In this document: piece by piece, positions 10,316 through 20,383 of the stretch
Position numbering within the stretch: the stretch's first letter is position 1
Layout: each line of letters opens with the position of its first letter
Assembly: GCA_043800535.1 (NCBI GenBank)
Contig: JAZDMV010000023.1
Location: 111,186-175,185, forward strand
Reading direction: 5' to 3'
DNA from: a bacterium
GTDB taxonomy: Bacteria; Patescibacteriota; Minisyncoccia; Portnoybacterales; GWB1-42-6
Length of the DNA stretch: 64,000 nucleotides
Program-made: the position numbers and the translations under genes
The notes under the pieces: generated by a model
What the model saw: the letters and a program-made list of their open reading frames with translations, nothing else
Told to the model about the DNA's origin: nothing
Databases searched by the model: none

Positions 10316-10687
10316 TTATGGCTTTGTCAATAAAAAGATCCCGCCGATGATCAGGGCCACTCCTAAAATCTGCGCAAAATTAAGACTTTCTTTAAAAATG
10401 ACAGAAGAGGCAATAACGATCGCAATCAAATTTAAGCTGGCTGTAATGGGGTATATAATATTTAAGTTAAGCCGGGAAAGAGTTAAAAGCCACGTTACAA
10501 AACCAAAAACCAAAAGAGCTAATCCTCCCAAAATATAGAAGTTCTTGAAAATTAACAAAAAGGCATTCCATAAATTGGCGAACGATATATCCATCGCCCC
10601 TTGGACTGCCATCCCTTTTTTCAAAAGCAGCTCCGCAGCGGCCAAAAATATAATGTTTGCGGCGACTAGAACATATAATGGTATCAT
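10316..10687 (-). CDS. SMR/EamA 4-TM protein (ArnE/ArnF-like lipid-linked sugar flippase)
   Basis: 123 aa, four TM segments, LLLKKG...LSRL.L.IIYP...IFKE....QILG. Confidence 0.75.
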   Translation of the reverse strand: MIPLYVLVAANIIFLAAAELLLKKGMAVQGAMDISFANLWNAFLLIFKNFYILGGLALLVFGFVTWLLTLSRLNLNIIYPITASLNLIAIVIASSVIFKESLNFAQILGVALIIGGIFLLTKP

Positions 10688-10695
10688 GATTTGGT

Positions 10696-12099
10696 TTAAT
10701 TATTGCTTAATTTAATAAATCTTAACAAGGCCAGAAGCGATCTAATATCCCGCTTTAGCTCGTCCCAGTTCCTTAATCTCATCAAACGTCGCAGAACAAG
10801 CTTTGGCCGGAAAAAGAATTTTTTATTAGCTAGACGGTAGTAATATTGCAGCTTCTCCCGGCTAAGCCCGGGCAGTTCCAGGACGGCATTTGATAAATTA
10901 TAATCATCCCAGTTAAAACTTTTGATGCATCCTCTTTCTTTTGCCCATTCAAAAAGATAGGTTCCGGGAAATGGAATGGCAACATTAAATTGGGCAATAT
11001 CAAGGTCCAGTTTCAAGGCAAAATCAATTGTTCTTTTTACGGTCTCTTCCGTTTCTCCCTGGTTGCCGAACATAAAAGACGCTCTTGTTTCTATGCCTAT
11101 TTTCCTTGCTGTCTTGATTATTTTTTCCACCCTTTCAAGAGAGATCTTTTTGTTTATAGCTTTTAGGATCTCCTCATCGCCCGACTCGACCCCGAATAAT
11201 ATCTGATAGCAGCCGGCTTTTTTCATTAATTTCAGAAGATCTTCGTCAACATAATCAACCCTGGTGATACAGGACCAGCTGATGTCTATTTTCTCATCAA
11301 TGAGCAGATTGCAAAACTCAACTACAACATCCTTAAAAAGAGTAAAGGTATCGTCCACTATTGATATTCCTTTTATGCCGTAATCCCGCTGCAGCGTTTT
11401 GATCTCATCCACAATATTCCTGGCCGATCTTTTCCTGAGCACGCCCCGGAAACAGCGATAACAAAAGGTACATCTTCCCGGGCAGCCCCTGGTGGCAAAA
11501 ATTGTCATGGCTGGCAATTTTTTGTAATTGCCGGGCGCCGGATAATATTTTTTTATCGGCAGCAAATGGTAGGCAGGATGAGGAATATCGTCCAGGTTTT
11601 TGATCAGAGGCCTCAATTCGTTTCTAATGGTGCGGCCGTTTTCCTTGTAGCATATGCCAAGGATCTCCTTTGGAGATTTTCCTGCCACTATTTCTTTTAT
11701 CGTTTCCTCTCCCTCGTCTATCACCACAAAGTCCACATACGAATGAGATATCACTTCTTCGGGCATAATCGAAGGATGCACGCCTCCCATGACAATTTTG
11801 GCGCTGGGAAATTCTTTTTTTGCAATTTTTGCAATTCTCAACGCATTATTGATCAGGGGGGTGGTGGCGGTCAGGCCAATAAAATCCAAACTATCATATC
11901 TTTTTAAAACCTGGTTCATATCATTGACCGTGTAATGTTCGGCCGAACAGTCAAGATAAAAAACTTTGTGATCCTCTTTTTCCAAGACAGCCGCTATTAA
12001 AGCCAGTCCCAAACTTGGCCAGCAGCCGGCAATTTGCTTCCATAAATTCCTGTCCTCCCCTATGACCCAGGGCGGATTTATCAATAATATCTTTTTCAT
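10696..12099 (-). CDS. Cobalamin-binding radical SAM enzyme (rSAM-2)
   Basis: ILLINPP...PSLGLA...GGVHPS...DEGEET; TRGCPGRCTFC; DDTFT; FGVESG; start taken at MKKILL. Confidence 0.9.
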   Translation of the reverse strand: MKKILLINPPWVIGEDRNLWKQIAGCWPSLGLALIAAVLEKEDHKVFYLDCSAEHYTVNDMNQVLKRYDSLDFIGLTATTPLINNALRIAKIAKKEFPSAKIVMGGVHPSIMPEEVISHSYVDFVVIDEGEETIKEIVAGKSPKEILGICYKENGRTIRNELRPLIKNLDDIPHPAYHLLPIKKYYPAPGNYKKLPAMTIFATRGCPGRCTFCYRCFRGVLRKRSARNIVDEIKTLQRDYGIKGISIVDDTFTLFKDVVVEFCNLLIDEKIDISWSCITRVDYVDEDLLKLMKKAGCYQILFGVESGDEEILKAINKKISLERVEKIIKTARKIGIETRASFMFGNQGETEETVKRTIDFALKLDLDIAQFNVAIPFPGTYLFEWAKERGCIKSFNWDDYNLSNAVLELPGLSREKLQYYYRLANKKFFFRPKLVLRRLMRLRNWDELKRDIRSLLALLRFIKLSNN

Positions 12100-12119
12100 T
12101 TTAACCAAGTTTCTGAATG

Positions 12120-12776
12120 TTATATCCACTTGAACATCTTCCAAAAAATTTTCAACCCATCCTTGAAAGCGTTTACCCGCGAAACATCGGCATACCGCGC
12201 TTTTTCAAAACAAGGCACTTCACCGAACTTATAGCCGGCTTTTTTGGCTTTGGCTAAAAATTCAATGCATAAAGAAAAATCATCGGCCTTCAGATCCAAA
12301 GAGTTAAAAACTTCTTTTTTTGCCGCTACAAAAAAATACAAACTGTCAGAAACCTTTGTGCCGTAAAAAAGATTTGTCAAAAAAGTGAATATTTTATTGC
12401 CTATGCTCCGGATGAAAGTGTCGTCTTCGGTACCTGCGCCTGGCATATAACGGGAGCCCATGGCAATATCGTATCCCTCCGCCAACTTGGCCACCAACCT
12501 TGGGATGTCCTTGGGATTTTGAGAATAATCAGCATCCAGAGTCACAACAATATCGCCGGACGCATTTTTGAAACCATGCCGATAGCCGTCGCCAAATCCT
12601 TTTCCCGGCTGGACCAAAACCCGGCACCCAAGAGATTCTGCGATTTGGGCTGTTCTGTCTTTGGAATGACCGTCAACCACCAATATCTCATCCACCGAAT
12701 CTCTGGGAATATTTTTAATGGTCTGGGCAATACATTTTTCTTCGTTCAAGGCCGCAATTAGGGCTGTGATTTTCAT
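12120..12776 (-). CDS. GT2 glycosyltransferase, DPM1/polyprenyl-phosphate sugar synthase-like
   Basis: ALNEE, VVDGHSKD.T, DAD.SQ.P, GSRY. Confidence 0.85.
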   Translation of the reverse strand: MKITALIAALNEEKCIAQTIKNIPRDSVDEILVVDGHSKDRTAQIAESLGCRVLVQPGKGFGDGYRHGFKNASGDIVVTLDADYSQNPKDIPRLVAKLAEGYDIAMGSRYMPGAGTEDDTFIRSIGNKIFTFLTNLFYGTKVSDSLYFFVAAKKEVFNSLDLKADDFSLCIEFLAKAKKAGYKFGEVPCFEKARYADVSRVNAFKDGLKIFWKMFKWI

Positions 12777-13852
12777 AGATAGAAGTTCTTTATTTTATTA
12801 CAAATTAATTTTACCTGATTTTCGGTCAAAGAAACAGAGGACGGCAGCCAAAGGCCGGTTTTCGCGATTTTTTCGGCTATCGGGTAGCGGCCTGGCTTTT
12901 TATAGGCGGGCTGGCTGTGAAGCGCCGGATATATCGGCCGGGAACCTATCTGCTCGTCTTTTAAAAAAGCGATTAATTTTTTCCGGTCAGGCACGAAAAT
13001 ATCCGCAAACCAGGGCGTTGTCTGTTTTAGATCCGTCCCAATGAATTTTATCTGCTTTACGCCGGCCAAAAGCTTTCTATATAAAGCAAATATTTTTTTC
13101 TTTTTGGTCATACGCGCTTTTATTTTTTTCATCTGCGCCACGCCAAAAACCGCCTGCAGATCGGTAAATTTAAAATTCCAGCCGACCTCTTCATAAAAAT
13201 CTGCCCCGCCTTGCAGGCGGCCAAAATCTTTAATCCGTTTAATTTTTTCAAAGATTTTTACGTCGTTTGTCACAAGCGCCCCGCCCTGGCCGGTTGTTAT
13301 GATCTTTGGCGCGCTGAAAGAAAAACTACCGATAACTCCAAAAGTGCCCAGGTGCCGTCCGCGATAAAAAGACCCCAACGACTGAGCCGCGTCCTCAATG
13401 AGATAAACGTGCTTTTTTGAACAAAGCTTTTTTAATTTCGCCAGTTCTCCCGCCCGTCCGTTCAAAGAAACATGCATCACCGCTTTTGTCTTTTTGTTTA
13501 TGGCCTCCGTAACCTTTTCAACGTCAAGGCACAAACTTTTTTCTTCAATATCAACAAAAACCGGTTTGGCGCCCGCCAGAATGACCGCATTAGGAGTGGC
13601 AGCCATTGTGATGTCTGGCACAATGACCTCGTCGCCTGAACCAACGCCCAAAGCACGAAGCGCGACAAATAAGCTGACTGTACCATTGGAAACAACCGAA
13701 CAATACCTAGCGCCACAAAAACGCGCAATCATTTCTTCAAATTCGCGCGTTTTTTTAAATTCCATCAGCCAGCCGCCGGAATTTAAATAATCGCTGACTG
13801 CTTTTATTTCTTCCCGGCCGTAGGATGGCTCAGTCTGGTGAATAAACTTCAT
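12773..13852 (-). CDS. DegT/DnrJ/EryC1/StrS PLP aminotransferase
   Basis: SNGT.SL, IEDAAQSLG, FSFSAPKIITTGQGG, GWNFKFTDLQA. Confidence 0.9.
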   Translation of the reverse strand: MKFIHQTEPSYGREEIKAVSDYLNSGGWLMEFKKTREFEEMIARFCGARYCSVVSNGTVSLFVALRALGVGSGDEVIVPDITMAATPNAVILAGAKPVFVDIEEKSLCLDVEKVTEAINKKTKAVMHVSLNGRAGELAKLKKLCSKKHVYLIEDAAQSLGSFYRGRHLGTFGVIGSFSFSAPKIITTGQGGALVTNDVKIFEKIKRIKDFGRLQGGADFYEEVGWNFKFTDLQAVFGVAQMKKIKARMTKKKKIFALYRKLLAGVKQIKFIGTDLKQTTPWFADIFVPDRKKLIAFLKDEQIGSRPIYPALHSQPAYKKPGRYPIAEKIAKTGLWLPSSVSLTENQVKLICNKIKNFYL

Positions 13853-13895
13853 ATGAAATCTTATAGAAAACTAAGCAGCTATGCCGCTCTTATAA

Positions 13896-14276
13896 TTAAA
13901 TCAAAATTTTATCTTCTATAAAAGGGCCATTTTTCGTCTCAACCATTTCTGCGTCTTCCAGGACATGGATCCCATAACCGCCATGCATCAATACAAAAAA
14001 ATCTCCACCAGATAAATAAATGAATTTTAAAAACTTTTTGTCGGGACCGTAGAGATCAAGTTTTATCCTTCCCTTTTTAACCATCAAAAATTCTTGGAGA
14101 CAATCAGTGGTTCTTTTTCTTGGCTTATGCATATGGGCTTTCAAATAAGCACCATTTTTATGCCGCAAGGTCACCACCTGCAGCGGTTCTTTTCCGTCGG
14201 TCAATGGAATAGACCCTTTTGGCAACGCCTTAACCCGAAAACCAATAAGTTTTTTTTTGTAAAATATTTTTTCCAT
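13896..14276 (-). CDS. Cupin-fold protein of sugar-nucleotide clusters
   Basis: AHMH...QE.L.V.KG cupin-like motif, E.KNGP; between gmd and the aminotransferase; start uncertain (ATG 14276 or GTG 14288). Confidence 0.6.
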   Translation of the reverse strand: MEKIFYKKKLIGFRVKALPKGSIPLTDGKEPLQVVTLRHKNGAYLKAHMHKPRKRTTDCLQEFLMVKKGRIKLDLYGPDKKFLKFIYLSGGDFFVLMHGGYGIHVLEDAEMVETKNGPFIEDKILI

Positions 14277-14289
14277 TTTTTCAATCACC

Positions 14290-15357
14290 TTACATAAACG
14301 CTTTGCGCACCTTAAAATGCTTCCCCAGTAAGGCCTCCTGCTGCGCAATCTTGAAATCTTCTCTTGCCATGAGCTTGGCTAACGCCCTAAACGTCGTTTT
14401 TGGCCGCCAGCCCAAAACTTCTCTTGCTTTTGAAGAATCCCCTTGCAAAAAATCTACTTCAGACGGCCTGAAATAAAGAGGGTCCACTTTTACGACAACT
14501 TTTCCGGTCTTTTTATCAATGCCCTGCTCATTTAACTTTTTGCCCTTCCAGACAATATCCATACCCAGATTCCTGCCGACTTCTTCAACAAATTCCCTGA
14601 CCGTATGGCTTTCCCCGGTTGCCAGCAAAAAATCATCCGGCTTTTTGTGCTGGAGGATCATCCAAATACCCTCAACATAGTCCTTGGAATAACCCCAGTC
14701 CCTTTTTGAGTCCAGATTTCCGAGCTTTAAGACGTCCTGGAGGCCCAGCTTGACCCTTGATAACCCTAATGAAATTTTACGGGTAACAAAGTTAACCCCT
14801 CTCCTTGGCGATTCGTGATTAAAAAGTATGCCGTTGGAGGCAAAAATCCCGTAGCTGTTGCGGTATACTTTTGTTATATAGAAAGCGAACACCTTTGAAC
14901 ATCCGTAAGGAGACTGTGGATTAAAGTAGGTGTCTAAATTTTGCGGCGCGGGAGCTTTTCCAAACATTTCCGAAGAGCTTGCCTGATAGTATCTGGCAGG
15001 CATTTTGAGATTGTGAATTGCCTCCAGCACCCTTAAGGCACCAAGACCCGTTATGTTGCCGGTATATTCTGGCTTTTCAAAACTTATTCCAACGTGGCTT
15101 TGCGAAGCAAGATTATATATCTCGTCTGGCTCAATTTGAGATAAAACTCTATGTAAGCTGGCACTGTCGCTTAAATCTCCATAAACAGTCATAAAGTTCG
15201 GGAATTCGGGATTGTCGTAAAGATGATCAATTCTAAAAGTATTGGGCACACTTGAGCGCCTTTGAATTCCATATACTTTATAGCCCTTTTCCAGCAATAA
15301 TTCGGCCAAATACGAACCATCCTGGCCTGTTATGCCGGTAATTAATGCCTTTTTCAT
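14290..15357 (-). CDS. gmd: GDP-mannose 4,6-dehydratase (copy 2)
   Basis: ALITGITGQDGSYLAE, YNLASQSHV, YQASSSEMFG, GILFNHESPRRG, RDWG. Confidence 0.95.
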   Translation of the reverse strand: MKKALITGITGQDGSYLAELLLEKGYKVYGIQRRSSVPNTFRIDHLYDNPEFPNFMTVYGDLSDSASLHRVLSQIEPDEIYNLASQSHVGISFEKPEYTGNITGLGALRVLEAIHNLKMPARYYQASSSEMFGKAPAPQNLDTYFNPQSPYGCSKVFAFYITKVYRNSYGIFASNGILFNHESPRRGVNFVTRKISLGLSRVKLGLQDVLKLGNLDSKRDWGYSKDYVEGIWMILQHKKPDDFLLATGESHTVREFVEEVGRNLGMDIVWKGKKLNEQGIDKKTGKVVVKVDPLYFRPSEVDFLQGDSSKAREVLGWRPKTTFRALAKLMAREDFKIAQQEALLGKHFKVRKAFM

Positions 15358-15430
15358 ATGGGTTTATATTACACGAAAATATGTTTTTTGACAATATCGT
15401 TCGGCAATGTCTTTAATGCGTGAATACACG

Positions 15431-15467
15431 AAGAAAACCCCTGACTTGGATTGTTCCAAGTCAGGGG
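15431..15467 (-). terminator. Intrinsic terminator after Dabb gene
   Basis: Perfect 13-bp stem CCCCTGACTTGGA/TCCAAGTCAGGGG, 4-nt loop, TTTTCTT tail on the minus strand. Confidence 0.85.
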
Positions 15468-15490
15468 CTGTTGATCTTTCTAAATTATGT

Positions 15491-15814
15491 CTATGGCGGC
15501 ATCGGCGCGTATATATCGCCGGTCCACCAGTCGGCAATCTGCTTCATTAATTCGCCAATCTCTTTGTGCTTCGGGTGGTCTTTGAACTTCCGCAGGGCGG
15601 CATAGTTTTTAAAAGCAGAGACTTCTACTAAATGCACGCTTTTGCGCAAATCCATATTCTCTCTTACTGTCCAAAAAAGAATCCCCGCCTCTTTGCCTCC
15701 GCAATCCTCACCCATGGATTGTAGCCTCAAAAACGCTTCCTGTCTCTGCCCCTCTGTCGATCCGGGCTTAAAAGAAAAAAGGATAACATGAAAAACATTT
15801 TCATCCTTCTGCAT
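15491..15814 (-). CDS. Dabb family (stress-responsive alpha/beta barrel) protein
   Basis: HVILFSFKP...F.N.AAL..F.DHPKH pattern; SD AAGGAG. Confidence 0.75.
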   Translation of the reverse strand: MQKDENVFHVILFSFKPGSTEGQRQEAFLRLQSMGEDCGGKEAGILFWTVRENMDLRKSVHLVEVSAFKNYAALRKFKDHPKHKEIGELMKQIADWWTGDIYAPMPP

Positions 15815-15865
15815 CTCTCTCTCCTTTCCCTCGGATTTTTACCCAAATTTGAAGAACAATAAAGC

Positions 15866-15894
15866 AGGATAACATCTTTCTGTTTTTCTGTCAA
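15866..15894 (-). promoter_or_regulatory. Sigma70-type promoter of Dabb gene
   Basis: TTGACA-N17-TATCCT with extended -10 TG. Confidence 0.6.
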
Positions 15895-15947
15895 ACGGAA
15901 AAGCCAAAGCACATGATCACCTAGGCTAACATTACAAAACTGTTTCT

Positions 15948-17615
15948 TTATTCGCAAACAGTTATTTCTTTTAACTCGTTGTTTGTATTTTCTGTGATGA
16001 TTTCTGTTAATTCTTTATCATAGCCAGCAAAACTGGTAATGCCGTATTTTTTAAAAACCTGCTTAAGCTCGTTTTTAGCGGCCAGCTTTTTGATCGTAGA
16101 GGGCGCAAAATAAATAAAATTTCTGTCCAGATAATAAGCCAGCGCTTCAGGCATTTCAGACGCCCAGCCCACGACCGTCACGCCGTTTTTACCAAATAAA
16201 TTTTTATTTTCTTCATTCCTGGCGAAAGCCAGGATCTGACGTGTCTGGCCAGGATTGGCATATGCCTCGTGAAGATTCCACCAGCTGATCTGAAAAAAGA
16301 AAAATACCAAAACTGCTGTTACGCCCCCCATTATCATTTTCGCGGATTTTTGTTCTAGATCAAAATGTTCCGCCGCCAGTTTGGCGATACGGCTGATGCC
16401 CAACGCCAAAAAAATCGAAGCCGGCAGATTCAAAACTGCCAAATGTGCAAAATTGGAAGTTTTCAAAAACGTCAAAATTGCCAGCCATGAAACGATGAAT
16501 GACAAGCCAAAAACAAACCAATTGTGCTTTTTCTGCCGCCAGAGTTCCTGCCCGCCCAAGAAAATCAAAAGCCAAGAAAAAGCCCCGCCAAAAACAATTA
16601 GAGAAAGAAACAGCCCCTTAAAATACATCCAGGCCGAAAAAGCACGTGTTACAATTTCGCTTTTGAAAAAACCTATGGATACGCCGTAATCCTTAAAGAA
16701 CATTCCGAAATCGCCCCAGAAACTAAACTGTTTTATCAACGAAATTCCCTGATTTTGGACATAAACTTCCCGCAAAAATTCCTGCCTTTTATTATAAAAT
16801 GTGTAAGGGTCAGGAAAAACATAACCATAGATATAAGATGGCTCGTTGGGGCTTTGATTGACTCCCAACATTACTCCAAAATAGGAATTTCCGCCGATCA
16901 AGAAGAAAGGGAACGCCACCAACAGGAACGATAAACCAAACCAGAAACATCTTTGCAGCGCAATTTTCAGGTTTTTCCTCTGCGCCAAAAATTCGAGAAC
17001 TAAAAATGCCGGGAACGCTACTATAAAATTATTCTTTGCCGCGGCTGATAGCCCCAAAAATAATCCGGCCAAGAGCAGATAGATTATTTTTCTGTCTTTC
17101 GGCCAAAAATAAATAAAAGACGCGATCGTCAAAAAAAGATATGCCCACTCCTGCGTGCCGGCCGCGTTAGAAAATGGCAAAGCGTATGGAGCAAGGATCG
17201 CCAAAAATGCCGCCGTGAGCGCTATTTCACGCCTAAAATGTCTGCTCGCGATAAAATATAAAATTACAGCGCAAAGTGAATAAATAAAAAAAGAAACAAA
17301 AATCGGCAGATCGGGATGGAATCCAGTAGTTCTGAATAGTAGACCGTAAAGTAAAAAGGTCAGTTTGTTTCCCAACTCTGCCCCCACTCCCTGCGTTTTT
17401 ACCGCTTCCAGCGATAAAACAGCACCGTTAGCGTTTTCATATGCAAAACTGTTGTTCTCGGACCAATTGCGCGAAACTAAAAGATTAAAATAAGAAGTGC
17501 TGGTAAGGCCAATAGCCCGATACACAAAATAATGCGCAAAAAAACTGAACAAAAAAATAACGGCCACTAAAATAATAACTCTGGCGATTTTATTTTCTTT
17601 AAGAAATTTGTTCAT
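15948..17615 (-). CDS. GT-C-like polytopic membrane glycosyltransferase
   Basis: About 11 TM segments, GLFLGLSAAAKN, C-terminal soluble domain; N-terminal acidic motif is not obvious. Confidence 0.65.
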   Translation of the reverse strand: MNKFLKENKIARVIILVAVIFLFSFFAHYFVYRAIGLTSTSYFNLLVSRNWSENNSFAYENANGAVLSLEAVKTQGVGAELGNKLTFLLYGLLFRTTGFHPDLPIFVSFFIYSLCAVILYFIASRHFRREIALTAAFLAILAPYALPFSNAAGTQEWAYLFLTIASFIYFWPKDRKIIYLLLAGLFLGLSAAAKNNFIVAFPAFLVLEFLAQRKNLKIALQRCFWFGLSFLLVAFPFFLIGGNSYFGVMLGVNQSPNEPSYIYGYVFPDPYTFYNKRQEFLREVYVQNQGISLIKQFSFWGDFGMFFKDYGVSIGFFKSEIVTRAFSAWMYFKGLFLSLIVFGGAFSWLLIFLGGQELWRQKKHNWFVFGLSFIVSWLAILTFLKTSNFAHLAVLNLPASIFLALGISRIAKLAAEHFDLEQKSAKMIMGGVTAVLVFFFFQISWWNLHEAYANPGQTRQILAFARNEENKNLFGKNGVTVVGWASEMPEALAYYLDRNFIYFAPSTIKKLAAKNELKQVFKKYGITSFAGYDKELTEIITENTNNELKEITVCE

Positions 17616-17619
17616 ACGA

Positions 17620-18978
17620 TTAAAAAAGCCCGATCTTCTCCTTGAATCTTTCCAGATTCAGCAATAGATCGACCAGTCCGTTTAAAAAAATTAAACCTAT
17701 CGCGGCCCACAAAATTTTATTATACGCCCAGGTTTTTATTCTGCCCAGCGCCACCAAAAAATAAGCGGCAAAGATCGCCAAAGCCGGATAAATCTGGAAA
17801 CGGTATCTGGTTTCCACCACCGTCACAAAAACAAGCAAAGAAACACTCAAGGCAAAAACTGCTAGATACGCCAACGCTTCTCGCTGCGTTTCTTTTTTAA
17901 AAAATACTGACTTTATTATTCCGCCAAGTCCCAGAACAAATAAAAAACAAGAAGCCAAAGCAGAAGACAAAACAAATAACATCTGTCCAAGGCCGGTCTG
18001 GTAGAACCAGAATCCCATTGGTCTGGCGACGCTGAAATACTTGCTTATCCTAAAAATCGTCAGTTTTAAAAATTCAGCCGGGTAATCGCGCAAAAATTCC
18101 TTAAACCGCGCTAGCGACTCGCCATTGATGTTTTTCACTTCCTCTGTGGCGGCAAACTGACGCTGTTCGTCCGTCGGCTCTTGTTCGCCGTTGCCGTTGT
18201 GATAATTGCCTATCCAGAAATTAAAATTGCCCGCGGCGCCAAACGGCATAAATTCTTGATACACCGCATAATTTCTGACTGTCCAGGGCGTAAAAACCGC
18301 TGCTAAAATTATCAAAAACAAAATTCCCTGGCGCCACAGTTTTCCTCGATAAAAATAAAAAATAATAACCGGAGTGAATAAAAGAACTGTCGGCCGCGCC
18401 AGAACCGCCAGCCCGGAAGCCAAAGCTAAACAAGCAACCAGCCAATAACTTTTCTGCCGGAAGTGCCAAAAGAAAAAATAAAGCATCAGGCACAATAAAA
18501 AAAGATACAATGTTTCGCTCATCAGCATCGCCGAAATTTCTATCAGGTCCGGATAAAATCCGAAAATTGCCGATGCCCACAATCCTATTGTTTTTTTCCT
18601 TTCGGAATTGAAAAATATTAAAAGTACCGTAAGATAGACCAGCCACGCCGATAAAGCGTGAACTACCGCCTGCAAAATCCAGACCGGCCGCAAGTCATGC
18701 CCGAAAATTTTATATGCACCCGCCAAAAAATACTGATACAGCGGCCCGACTCTGGCAATCGCGTAGTCATGCGCCAAATCTTTGTCCAAATCTTCCCGAT
18801 ATCCCTGGCCGCTGACGATATTGAAAGCGATCTTATCATAAGCCCGCGCGTCCACCAGAGGCTTGATCTTAAAATGGAAAGAATAAAATAAGCTGGCGCA
18901 AAAAGACAGCAACAAAATTATGAGCAAAATCTTGTTGTTTTTTAAAAAATCCTTAAGCTCGCTATTTAAGATTTTCAT
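17620..18978 (-). CDS. GT-C membrane glycosyltransferase (ArnT-like)
   Basis: DARAYDKIA, PLY..FLA, SETL, GLAVLARP, PWTVRNY, ETRYR. Confidence 0.85.
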   Translation of the reverse strand: MKILNSELKDFLKNNKILLIILLLSFCASLFYSFHFKIKPLVDARAYDKIAFNIVSGQGYREDLDKDLAHDYAIARVGPLYQYFLAGAYKIFGHDLRPVWILQAVVHALSAWLVYLTVLLIFFNSERKKTIGLWASAIFGFYPDLIEISAMLMSETLYLFLLCLMLYFFFWHFRQKSYWLVACLALASGLAVLARPTVLLFTPVIIFYFYRGKLWRQGILFLIILAAVFTPWTVRNYAVYQEFMPFGAAGNFNFWIGNYHNGNGEQEPTDEQRQFAATEEVKNINGESLARFKEFLRDYPAEFLKLTIFRISKYFSVARPMGFWFYQTGLGQMLFVLSSALASCFLFVLGLGGIIKSVFFKKETQREALAYLAVFALSVSLLVFVTVVETRYRFQIYPALAIFAAYFLVALGRIKTWAYNKILWAAIGLIFLNGLVDLLLNLERFKEKIGLF

Positions 18979-20383
18979 AGATAAATTTAAGCAGGACCAG
19001 TCCGCCTTTGAATTCCTGCTTGAACTGCTCCCAGCTTCTTATATGTGCCAGACGCCGCAAAATTATTTTTGGCCGGAAATAAAATTTTCGGTGCGCCAGC
19101 TCGTAATAATGCTGGAGCGTTTTTGCGTTTAGGCCCGGCACCTCCCAGACCACGTTTGACATGCTATAATCGTCCCAGTCAAAGCTTTTTACATATCCTT
19201 TCTTCCTGGCCCAATCAAAAAGTTCGGTTCCTGGATACGCTGTGGCGATGTTAAACTGCACCTCGTCAGGATCAAGCTTAATCGCAAAATCAATCGTCTT
19301 TTTTATCGTTTCTTCCGTCTCCCCCTGATTGCCGAACATGAACGAAGCGCGCGTTTCAATCCCCACGCGCCTGGCCGCCCTTACAACCTGCCTGACCTGG
19401 TCCAAAGAGATCCGCTTATTGATATTTTCCAAAATTTGCTCGTCAGCCGATTCCACTCCAAATAAAATCAGATGGCAGCCGGCCTGTTTCATCAGCGACA
19501 AAAGCTCCTCGTCAACCCGATCAACCCTGGTAAAACACGACCAGGTTATGTCAATTCCCTCTTCGATTATTGTACCACAGAATTCCCTGACCACATCTTT
19601 GAACAAAGTAAACGTGTCATCGTAAAAAGCCACTTCCTTTATGCCATAATTTTTCTGCAGGATTTTAATTTCGTTTAAAATATCGGCCGCCGATCGCTTT
19701 CTGACAATTCCTCGAAACGCGCGGTGGCAAAAGGTACATCTTCCCGGACACCCCCGCGTGGCAAACAATATCATGGCCGGCAGGCGTTTGTAACTGCCAA
19801 TTGCCGGATAATATTTTCCCATCGGCAGAAGATGATAAGATGGCGGCGGAATGGTATCCAGATCACTTATCAACGGCCGTGATTCGTTTTTAATAACCTG
19901 GCCGCTATCTTTAAAAACCAATCCTAAAATTTCTTTGGGATCCCGGCCAACAACTAATTCTTTCATCGTTTCTTCTCCCTCGTCAACAACCACAAAATCA
20001 ACATTCTCGTCCGCGATGACTTCTTCTGGCATAACCGAAGGATGAACACCGCCCAGCACTATTTTCGCTTCCGGAAAAACTCTTCTGGCTTGCCGCGCGA
20101 TAGCCAAAGCGTTATTGATCATCGGCGTTGTGGCGGTCAGGCCGACAAAATCGGGCTTTTCGCCCAGGCTTTTAAGAAATTCACCGGTTTCGCCAACAGT
20201 GTATCGCTCGGCCGTGCAGTCAAGGTATCGAACAATGTGCCCTCCCTGTTCCAAGACCGCCGCAATATAAGCCAAACCTAAACTCGGCCAGCAACTGGCT
20301 ACTTGCTCCCACAAATTCTTATTTTCGCCTATAACCCAGGGTGGATTAATGAGTAAAACTTTTTTTGCCGAGCCAATATTCAT
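18962..20383 (-). CDS. Cobalamin-binding radical SAM enzyme (rSAM-3), close paralog of rSAM-2
   Basis: LLINPPWVIGE..NLW...CWPSLGLA; TRGCPGRCTFC; YDDTFT; FGVES. Confidence 0.9.
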   Translation of the reverse strand: MNIGSAKKVLLINPPWVIGENKNLWEQVASCWPSLGLAYIAAVLEQGGHIVRYLDCTAERYTVGETGEFLKSLGEKPDFVGLTATTPMINNALAIARQARRVFPEAKIVLGGVHPSVMPEEVIADENVDFVVVDEGEETMKELVVGRDPKEILGLVFKDSGQVIKNESRPLISDLDTIPPPSYHLLPMGKYYPAIGSYKRLPAMILFATRGCPGRCTFCHRAFRGIVRKRSAADILNEIKILQKNYGIKEVAFYDDTFTLFKDVVREFCGTIIEEGIDITWSCFTRVDRVDEELLSLMKQAGCHLILFGVESADEQILENINKRISLDQVRQVVRAARRVGIETRASFMFGNQGETEETIKKTIDFAIKLDPDEVQFNIATAYPGTELFDWARKKGYVKSFDWDDYSMSNVVWEVPGLNAKTLQHYYELAHRKFYFRPKIILRRLAHIRSWEQFKQEFKGGLVLLKFIYENLK

